Of a DNA stretch of 64,000 nt, positions 53,560-64,000 are shown in pieces. Where the stretch lies: the NCBI RefSeq assembly GCF_018350175.1, contig NC_058385.1:83266001-83330000 (forward strand), in the 5' to 3' direction. The translations under genes were made by a program, and so were the position numbers. The DNA is from Felis catus (Eukaryota). The stretch's first letter is position 1. Every line of letters starts with the position of its first letter. Below the pieces are notes generated by a model. The model was not told where the DNA came from, searched no databases, and worked only from the letters and a program-made list of their open reading frames with translations.

Positions 53560-53851
53560 TCCAAGGTCCCCTTCAGGGGAAAGGCAGGCGCTGGGGACGG
53601 TGAGTGTTGAGTAGGAAGAGCCCAGGCCTAAGGCCCATCCACCCCTGTCCCTGTCTCCCAGAAGGACCACCCAGATACAGAAGAGACAAGAAAGCGTGAG
53701 ACATGAGGCAAGCACATCCCGGTCAGCCCAGACGACCCCTCACATCCCAAGAAGACACAACCGGAGACCTGCTCACCCACAAGCCTCCACCTCTCACTCC
53801 TGGTTTTCCCAGGGATGTCTTCTGGGACCATCCTACTTCAAATGATATTCC

Positions 53852-54070
53852 CGGGTGTCTGGATAGCTCACTCAGGTAAGAGTGTGACTCTTGATTTCCA
53901 CTCAGGTCACGAGCTCACAGTTTGTGAGTTCAAGCCCTGAGTCAGGCTCCATACTGACAGACTGGAGCCTGCTTGGGGTTCTCTCTCTCCCACCCCCCAC
54001 CCCACCCCCACCCTTCCCTCACATGTATGTGTGCTCTCTCTCAAAATAAATAAACTTAAATAAATAAACA
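53852..54070 (+). mobile_element. CAN-SINE
   Basis: Diverged SINEC body with (AAAT)n tail. Confidence 0.85.
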
Positions 54071-56528
54071 AAATGCCATCCCCACCGCAGAATTCCTTCC
54101 CTATCCTCATTCCATTTTATTTTCATCCATAGCACCTGCTATCGGACATAATGCAGTCAACTTACTTGCTTCTTATCCACCTTCCCCCATGAGATGAGGC
54201 CTGCAGTCTGGTTATTCATGCTGTACCCCCAGGGCCTGGGGGAGGGCCTGATACACAGCAAGGATTTGTGGAATGAATGAGTGGTTCCCTGACAGTGGGT
54301 GATTCTGCAACCAGTAAAACCATGTTGTGGAACACCAGAAAACATTGTTACTGCATTACCACGTGAAATAAGCAGACTCTAAGCAAAAAAATAAATCTGG
54401 CAGCACATACCCCAGCACATTAGCCTTAGTTTCTTCCAAGGTAGTTTTTATTTTCCTTCTTCTCATTTTTCTGATTTCTCTAAGACTTATTGCTTCTTTT
54501 CAAATATGTGTCGCAGTTGAGGAAAAATTATTTATAAAAGCCAGTAAATACAATCTGCTCTGGCTAGGTGCTCAGAGTAGACTGGTCTCCATGTCCCCTC
54601 CTCAATGGACACTCGAGCTCCTGTGTATTGGGTGGAGGTATCTAGAGTACCCTTTTCTGTGGGGCTTGAGCCTCCTAAGTAGCTGCCGCTTTGTAAAGCG
54701 ATGTCCCTTTTGGCAACAGCAGAAATCCTGCGGTTATGATGCCACGAGGTAACATCTGGCAGGAAGGCCCTTTTAACATGTGAGAGTATAACAGGCTACA
54801 GAGGATGATCTGAGAGGCTTGGTGAGTCATCTGTGCCCGGACAGCACAAACGGCAAGTGCAAAGAGCAGAGCCACACCACTACCAGACACGGCACTGGGC
54901 TGTCTGTCCAGGGCAGTCTGCGTGGACCATTGCTGCTGCCCCTGTTGACAGAGCTATTGTCCTCCTCACCCCGACAAGACAGCCACAGCACCTTAAGAGG
55001 AGGAGCATCTCAGGAGAAGACCTGGCTGTCAACTCAACACATACCGCTCTCCACAGTTAGGAGGGTAAGTTACCATGCCTGTCTCTTTGCTTATTTCTGG
55101 GGAATGCATGTCCTCAGGGAGGGGCCACCTGGTTAGAGGGGAAAAGACCTGATTTTAGTCCTATCTTTGGAGCCAGGGAATAAGTCTTTAATGTGAGAAA
55201 AACAGCGCTAAGTTGAAAAAAGTGGAGGAGAGGATACAATGATAACAAAACAGGTTCCTGCTCGGAGTCCTGAGACAGAAAATATCAAGGGGAAGGGGAG
55301 CGCTAACTTAGATGGGGGTTCAGGGAGGGCTTCTTGAGGGGATTACATTTAATTGGGGCCTGGAGGACCGGCAGGAGTCATTCTTTCCCTCCAATTTTGA
55401 ATAAAACCTCTGTTCCTCAGGGGACTGGGGCACCTTGCTCCACTCCCTCACCTACCCCCTTGTGTACTACACTGCAGCCAAGCTGGCGTTCTCTCTGTTA
55501 CTCAAATTAGCCAATGCCATTCTGATGCACTTTCCTTTGCCTACAAGGGCTTAGCAAGGCCTGTTGGCCACCAGGTTTCAGTTCAAATGTTAACTTCTTG
55601 CAGAGACCTTCCCTGCTCACCTACAGCCACCCCTAACTCCTTAACTCTCACAAACGTATCCTCTTGGTTCATTTTCTTCATAGCCCTTGAAATCATCAAA
55701 AACTATTTTCTCAGAGCACCTGGGTGGCTCGGTTAAGCATCCGTCTCTTGATTTCAGCTCAGGTCAAGATCTCACGGTGGTGGGATTGAACACAACTGGG
55801 CATGGAGCTGGCTTAATTAAGATGCTCTTTCTCTGCCCCTCCCTCGCTCGATTACACTCTCTCTCTCAAAAAAAAAACTGCTTTCTTGTTTGTTGCCTCT
55901 ATTGCATTAATGCCTCACTTCTATTACAACAGATGTTTCATGAAGTCAGGGATGTTACCCCTTCACTGCAGTATCCCCAGCACTAGAAGGGTCGTCAGGA
56001 CAAGGTAAGTATGCCAGTTGTCCGAATGCTAGTTGTCCAATGAATGAGGCAACTCCGCGAAGAGGGGGCGGGGGCGAAGAACCGCACCGGGTAAAGCAAG
56101 GGCGTCGGGCTGACAATTGGTTGGAAAACGAGGGTGCAGGGGAGAGGCAGCGCATGGGGTGGCCAGCCGGCACGAGCTGCTCACGAGCGGGTGTGCTCAG
56201 GCAACTGCAGGCGCGAGGCCGACGGGGACGCAACCCGGACAGAACCGGTCCTCCCAGGTCTCCCACCACTGCAGCCTCAGCTCTGCGCAGCCACCCAGGC
56301 TCTGCGGGACCGGCCCGCACACTTGCCGCGCCAGCCGGTGGGAACCGGACTCCGGACCCTCCCTAAGGCCCAGAACGAAGGAAAAGCGAGGGGGCGGCGC
56401 CGGCTGCAGGTCAGCGCCCCGCGGTGCTCAGCGCGGCCTCTGTGCGGACCACAGCCTCAGCCAGGCCGGGTTCAGAGAACCGCACTCACCCCACTCCGGT
56501 CCCCGCCCCGCGGCCAGGACCTACTCAC

Positions 56529-56850
56529 CCTGGGCCGCTATCCCGGACCGCACGCAGAGGGCGCCGGGAGCAGGCGGTCCGGTTCCGGCCCGCCCCCGGA
56601 AACGGGTCTCAGCGCCGCTCTAGGAGGCTCGGAGGACCACGCGCCTCGGTGGGCGCCTTTTGGCTCCTACGGCGCGAGGCTGGTGATGGAAGAGGGCTGC
56701 TGAGGGCGGGGCGCTCTTCTGGACCTGATCTCCCGTGAACTCCCAAATCCGAGGGGCGAGCCCGCTGCGGGAGTCGGGGATCCCGGCGCAGAGCCCCCAA
56801 GCCTGAGAGCAGACGCGTCCACGCGAGACCTCGAGAAAGGCCAATGGAAA
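56529..56850 (-). promoter_or_regulatory. ZNF517: ZNF517 CpG-island promoter and non-coding exon 1 (donor at 56528; alternative donor at 56489)
   Basis: CAGG|GTGAGT donor; CCGGAA ETS motifs at ~56583-56601; GC box and CCAAT upstream; island spans ~56050-56850. Confidence 0.7.
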
Positions 56851-57284
56851 AGTCGAGCATCATTCCAGGCAACCGGGTGCTGAGGCAGCGTCCTTTCTCT
56901 TTCAACTTTTTGTTGTTAGATAATTATAAAATCATGCAAGTTGCAAAGGCAGTACGGAGAGGTCCTGTGTATCCTTCACCCTCTTCCCCTACAGTTGAAA
57001 AAGCTTCTCTACGATCGTGTCTTTCAAACTTTTGTGACACGGTAAAAAATGCTTTACAGTATGACCCAGCACACGCACAAATCTATGCTTATGAATAAAT
57101 GCTTACACATATAGTAATTTTAAAAGAACTTAAACAAAACTATTTAGTCTTATGCGATGAAATCTCGTATATTTTTCTTTAAATGTTTTATTTTTATAAA
57201 GGGGAGGGGGGACAAAAGCAGAGACCACCTTTTTGAAGAGGGACACAAGAGCCAAAATGTACAAGGCAGCAAAGGAGGCACCTA

Positions 57285-57740
57285 TATTTTATTTTTTTTT
57301 TATTTTTTTTTTAACGTTTATTCGTTTTAGAGACAGAGAGAGAGAAACAGAACATGAATAGGGGAAGGTCAGAGAGAGAGGGAGACACAGAATCGGAAGC
57401 AGGCTCCAGGTTCCAAGCTGTCAGCACACAGCCGGATGCGGGGCTCGAAATCACGGACCGCGAGATCATGACCTGAGCCGAAGTCGGTCGCCCAACCGAC
57501 TGAGCCACCCAGGCGCCCCGAGGCATCTATATTTTAAATATTTTTAATGTTTATTTATTTATGAGAGAGAGAGAGAGAAAGAGACAGAGTGCGAGTGGGG
57601 GAGGATCAGATAGAGAGGGAGACACAGAATCCGAAGAAGGCTCCAGGCTCTGAGCTGTCAGCACAGAGCCCGACCTTGGGCTCGAACTCACAAGCCACTC
57701 ACAAGCCGTGAGATGGTAACCTGAGCTACCCAGGGGCCCG
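57285..57740 (-). mobile_element. Two nested CAN-SINEs
   Basis: Bodies at ~57285-57519 and 57540-57740; gaggca(c/t)ctatatttt duplicated. Confidence 0.9.
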
Positions 57741-57956
57741 GGGAGGCATCTGTATTGCAAGTAATTGGCATCATACAAACTACATTATCTGAAAATAAGA
57801 TATTGCATTTAGATATGGCTAAATAGTTTAAACAAATATGCTTAGAAACTAAATAGCAACCTGCAAAATAACTCATGGGAGGAAGAGAAAATCATACTTG
57901 GAATTGAAAGAAAATGAAAATACTTTGCAGGATACAAATAAATTTACATATATATA

Positions 57957-58634
57957 CAGGCATACCTTGGAGATATTGCAAGTTTGGTTCCAGACCACTG
58001 CAATAAAGTGAATAATGACAATAAAACAACCAAACGAATTTCTTGGTTTCCCAGTACATAACAAAGTTTTGTTTATGCAGTAGTCTATTAAGCATGCAAT
58101 AGCATTAGGTCTAAAAAAGCAACATACATACTTTAATTTTAAAATATTTTATTGCTAGGGGTGCCTGGGTGGCTCAGTAGGTTGAGTGTCTGACTCTTGA
58201 TCTCATGGTTTGTGAGTTGGAGCCCCACATCAGGATCCACGTTGACATCACAGAGATTGCTTGGGATTCTTTCTCTCACCTCTCTCTGCCCCTCCTCTGC
58301 TTAAGCTTGTGCTCTCCCTCTCACATAAATAACTTATAACTATATGTATATGTATATATATGTATATGTGTATGTATATCTGTATCTACATCTATGTTGC
58401 TAAAAAATGCTAACCATCATCTGAGCTTTTGGCAAGTCCTATCACTGATCACTATAACAAATAATAATGAAAAAGTTTAAAACATTTCAAGAATTACCAA
58501 AATGTGACAGAGACATAAGTGAGCAAATGGTGTTGGAAAAAGGGCACCAACAGTCTTGCTCAATTCAGGGTTGCCACAGACCTTTAATTTGTAAAAAACA
58601 CAGTATCAGCAAAAAATAAAGTGAGGTATGCCTG
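57957..58634. mobile_element. Internally deleted Tigger1 element with a CAN-SINE inside (58157-58335)
   Basis: TA|CAGGCATACCTTGGAGATATTGC..CCAGACCACTGCAATAAAG and AGGTATGCCTG termini form TIRs. Confidence 0.88.
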
Positions 58635-59374
58635 TTTACATACACTTAGAACCTTTCAGCGCATATATTCAGATACTAAAAACATGCATGAAAGAACTGA
58701 TTCTTCTTTTTTTCACTTAAATTTTGTTTGGTTTGTCTCAACATGTATACTTTCCTTCATTTTTGTTTTGCTTTGGATATTTATATATAAGAATTATCCT
58801 TTACTCCAATTTAACCCCAGGTATTAGCTGGGCTCCCCTTTTCTGCTTGGAGGTACAGAGTTGGACACCACCCCTTCCACAGCTTTTGGAGGTCTAAAGA
58901 CATCCCAAGAATTTTTACTAGTTTTCATGCACACTTACAAAAAAACAGTATTTTTAAAAGTAGAATACATAGGAAGGAGTCACAAATACCTTTAGCATAC
59001 TGCCAGATGAATTTTCACACCCTGAATATCCTGTGAAGCTAGCACCCATGTCAACAAGCTGATTTTGTCTGGGTACCTCAAAGCCTCCTAGGGCTCTCTT
59101 CGGGTCGCTCTCAAAACACCTCTCTGGTTGTGTCCAAGTGTGTCCACTCTGACTTCTCTAGCCCTGATGACTTTTGTAGGCATACTTTTGTCCTTGGTGT
59201 ATATCCACTCACTTAACTCCCACAATAACCATATGAAAGACAGTATTATTGTTCCCACACAAAGAATAGAAGCATAGTGTTGTTATTTGCCTGAGGGCAG
59301 CTGATGTGGGGGCGGGGAGCCAAGTGCAAAAAGAAGAGAGTCGTGGTCATGCATGTTTAAACCAAATTACTCTT

Positions 59375-59606
59375 GGGGCGCCTGGGTGGCTCAGTCGGTT
59401 GAGCGTCTGACTTCAGCTCAGGTCATGATCTCGTGATCTCGTGGTCTCGCAGTCTGTGAGTTCGAGCCCTGTGTCGGGCTCTGTGCTGGCAGCTCAGAGC
59501 CTGTAGCCTACTTTGGATTCTGTGTCTCCCTCTCTCTCTGCCCCTCCCCAGCTCATGCTCTGTCTCTCCCACTCTCAAAAATGAATAAATGTTAAAAAAC
59601 AAAATT
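59375..59606 (+). mobile_element. CAN-SINE
   Basis: TSD ttaaaccaaatta(c/t)tcttg. Confidence 0.93.
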
Positions 59607-60528
59607 TTAAACCAAATTATTCTTGTGTGTACATGACAAAAAAAAAATATTTAAAAAGCAACTTTAAAAGGAAATAAAGAACTAAGAATAAAGTTTGAAA
59701 TGCTGGGAAGAGGTAACCTTGGATGGCATGGGAAAGGTGGCTGGCTCACCAGCATGAGCAAAGGCAGATGGACCCCTCTTGAAGGCTTGAGAACCCCATG
59801 CCCAGTGTGGCTGCCCCTGGAGAGGTCCCCATCATCAGGTGACCCAGATTTGTGGAGTTCCTGCTGTGTGTCAGACTTGACGGCCCCTCACACAGGGACT
59901 AACATTCAGGCTAGCGAGATGGAGGCAAGTCAGAGGTCTCTGGACTTTGAAGGGGGAGGGCACCAGCCAGGATCCCCAGCTCTGCAAGGACAGATGCACT
60001 GAGCTTGAGGCAGGGGCACAATAAATATCAGGCAAGCATCTGCACCTCAGAGAGCCCCAGAACTGGCTGCCCTCCCTTAAGTCAGTCCATGCCTGCCATC
60101 TCCAGGTGGGCCTTCAGGAGGAAGCATCCAAGCAAGCAAGCCTCCCCCCGCTCCCAACAGCACTTCTTGAGGCGTCCCTGGGCCCAGAACCTTCACTGGG
60201 GGCTCACAGCTGCCATTCATCCCCTGGAACTCGTGGGCTGGCGTTACTGACCATCTGCCTATGGCAAGGCTCTGAACACATGTCCTGCAGTAGGCCTGGT
60301 TAGCCACCTTCTGGCTGCATTGAGCTCTAGGGCAAAGAGAAAGTGGGGGGCCCTCCTCCACCATATCTCATCCCAGAGATCTGAGACCTTCTTAGGGACC
60401 ACATAGCCTGAGTGTCCAAGTACCGTCCCCACCTCCCTGCCACTCCCTGTGCCTTTCTGGTCCTCTGAGCCTATCCTGGGCTGACCTCAAAACCCCTCAC
60501 TCTGCCCCAAGGAGGCCCAGGTGCCCCT

Positions 60529-60957
60529 TGATGAGGTTTTTTGGGGTGATAATGGGGTTCACGGGGTTAGGAGCCAACAGCCAAGAAAGAATTCTTGAGA
60601 TGTCTTTGGTGCAAAAAGGTAATTTTATTAAAGCACGGGGACAGGACCCGTGGGCAGAAAGAGCTGTCCCGGGAACCATGAGAGACTGGTTATACCATGG
60701 AGACAGGGGAGGTAGAGTCCAGGGGAAGTTCCCAAAGAGATTTTCATATGCTAGAGAAGACTCACAGGATATTGGAGGCCCCGCTATTGTCAAACTAAGG
60801 TTGTTTTTCCCTCTAGCAAAGCATTACCATTAAGACAGTAGGGAGTTCAAGGAGAAACATTTTACTCTGCCTGCCTCAAGTATTTGCCAATGGGCTGTGG
60901 GTTATAAGGAAATTTAACTTTATCTGCCATTTCCTTCTGCCTTTGTTTCCCATCTCA
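60529..60957 (-). mobile_element. ERV1-class solo LTR, 429 bp
   Basis: TG..CA termini (TGATGAG / CATCTCA), 4-bp TSD CCCT on both sides, minus-strand AATAAA at ~60624-60629. Confidence 0.85.
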
Positions 60958-62439
60958 CCCTCAGCCCCTGGCCCTGCCAGGGCTGTGATGCCTCCTGAGT
61001 CCCCAACCCTGCTGACCCAACTGTTGCCTCTCTTGGGGCCTCACCAGTCCCCTCTGCTTCTTCGCTTCAGCATGTGGCCACGTGGCCCCCTTCTTACTTT
61101 CTCATGATGTCATTCTTGTCACCGTCCCTCCAAGGCCTACCTGACTGCACTGCTGCTAGCAAACACCCTACTGCAAAGTCCTGAGTGCAAGTCTCTGTCC
61201 ATTGGGACCCCTGCCCTCACTCCCCTTACCTTGCGACCTCTCCCGCTACTGGTCTCCCCTGCACACCCACAGCCCTAGTCAAGAAGCTCTACCTGGACCT
61301 GCCTGTGGGCAGTTCTCACTCTGTCTGACCCCCAGGTCTTAACCCCGGGCACCCTTTCCTGAAGGCTCCTCCCACTCCTCTGGGGCGGAACTCCGGAAAG
61401 TCCTCACTCAGCAGCACACGCCCAGCTGGGGGCTCCCTGCCCTGGTAGCCTTGATCTTTATCTCCAGCTCACACTCCAAGGGTCCCCCTCCGGCTGTTCT
61501 CTTTCTCAACTCCAACCTCACCCACCCCTCCCTATAGGGTTCTGAGCAGGCTCATCGTGTTCCCTCACCTCAGAGTCATTTGTCCAGTCTCCCTTTCCTC
61601 ATTCTCGCAGCGGTGACATGGTTCACTCTCTTCTTCTCCCCCTTCCCAAGCCACCAGTTCTGCCCTCTCCATTTCCTGGCCTCACTTTCCCTCCTCCACG
61701 TGCCCGGGAGGGAGTGGTGTAGGGAGCAGGAGGGCGACACTCCTCCCCGGAGGTCCCACCATCCCAACTGAAACTCCCGAACCTCTATTGTCGCCCAGTC
61801 TGTCCGTGGCAGCCTCCTCGACCGTCGCCAACCATGCCCTGCCCGGGTCGTCCAAGCAAAGACCAGGGTGCCCCCGTCTCTCTCCCCAATACCCACATCC
61901 GGGTACGGCCACTCTGACCTCTCCGAAAACCTATCAGTGCACAGAGTCGCAACGTGCCCGGAGCGGCCGCACCCGCGGTGGTTGAACTTTTGCTATTTTT
62001 CGTCCAGACCCCCGTCTTCTGTAAGCCACCACGTTCCCCCAAACCGTCCACCCATTTTAAAAGGGGGCCCACAATCCTACAAGAAAGGGCCTCACCCTAG
62101 AAAGCGGCCCTTGCCCTAGACGGGAGCCAGTAACCTTGCAAGGAGCTCTAGCTATATAAGGGGGCATTCGCCAGGCCAAGAGAGGACCCCTGCGACTCCG
62201 CGCCCGGAGTAAGTCGCTCTATCCGGGTCCGCGCACCCTGAAAAGTCACCCAACCTCTCGGGGGGGGGGGGGATGGGGGAGTCTCCTCGGCCGCTCAGTG
62301 GGCGACGCTCGTCCTCCGTGAGACTTCTGTGAAGTCCGGACATCCCTCCCGCCTCCTCCCGGGCCCCGTCCACAGGGACCCCGCTGCAGGACATCCGGTC
62401 ACCTGCGTGACCTGGCGCCCCGGCGGCCGGGTAAGGGCC

Positions 62440-62584
62440 GCGGGCACCCGCGGGATGACTACAAATCCCGGCGTGCACTGGGCTCACGGCCGTGCCGGAA
62501 GGTCAAGGGGCTCTCGGCCCCGCCCCGGAAGATAAGGCGGCTCTCCTCCGCTGTGTCTCCTCTTCCGGCCGCGCTCGGCAGCAG
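62440..62584 (+). promoter_or_regulatory. RPL8: RPL8 promoter and 5'TOP exon 1 (~62560-62584)
   Basis: ZNF143/THAP11-type GACTACAAATCCCGGCGTGCA (62457-62477); CCGGAAG ETS sites; pyrimidine tract tctcctcttcc; CAG|GTAGGA donor. Confidence 0.85.
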
Positions 62585-62764
62585 GTAGGACGTGTATGTG
62601 GCGTGGCGGCTCTGGCATTATCCGCCGCCATCCGCTGCCCTGGGGTCAGCTAGGGACCCCGGCGGGATTCCTGAGAGAGAGCTGGGGTGCAGGGCCAGGG
62701 ATGGGGGTGGGAAAGGGTCGGGACCTGGAGGGAGGATCCTGGGGACCTGGGACCCTGAAGCTAG

Positions 62765-63404
<640 letters not shown>

Positions 63405-63677
63405 AAGGGTAAGCTTTGCGTGTGGTGTGGAAGGTCGAGATGGGGAGGGGATTGGACCTGTGGTTGCTGGGAGGAGGGTTACATCGTAAGTCAGGAGGAA
63501 CATCCAGGCAGAAGTCTCACCTAGTGAGAGCTGTTTGGCTAAACACACTAGAGGGGATGCCCAGAGAGCTGTGTAGGAGGAGGCTGGATGTTGTGGGCTG
63601 TGTTGGCCTTCTTGGGGACTTGGGTTTGCATTGCTTCTGATCAGCAGTAGTTAAGGGGGACCACTTTGCTGTACTGA

Positions 63678-63998
<321 letters not shown>

Positions 63999-64000
63999 GT

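Overview
Mammalian genomic DNA, almost certainly a felid, judged from the dense CAN-SINE/SINEC_Fc elements with (CT)n plus A-tail and carnivore-type L1. It corresponds to the human 8q24.3 KRAB-ZNF block. From left to right: (1) a CpG island with a minus-strand non-coding first exon (probably ARHGAP39, by synteny only); (2) about 19 kb of nested repeats, including a near full-length Tigger2 transposon split by an LTR, SINEs and an L1, a 5'-truncated EEF1A1 retrocopy, a decayed C2H2-ZNF array, an ERVL remnant and L1s; (3) COMMD5 (+, single coding exon, 224 aa); (4) ZNF7 (-, KRAB plus 14 intact C2H2 fingers); (5) ZNF517 (-, KRAB plus 10 fingers); (6) the 5' half of RPL8 (+, TOP start, coding exons 2-4). 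There are five N-gaps. No prokaryotic-type system, CRISPR array or structural RNA gene is supported. The most novel-looking signal is in RPL8 intron 3: the target-site duplication of a SINE insertion copied the exon-3 splice donor. This gives a second identical donor 225 nt downstream whose use would add a premature stop, a candidate lineage-specific AS-NMD switch in a ribosomal protein gene. Repeat boundaries and family names were assigned by eye and from memory of consensus sequences, not by search.
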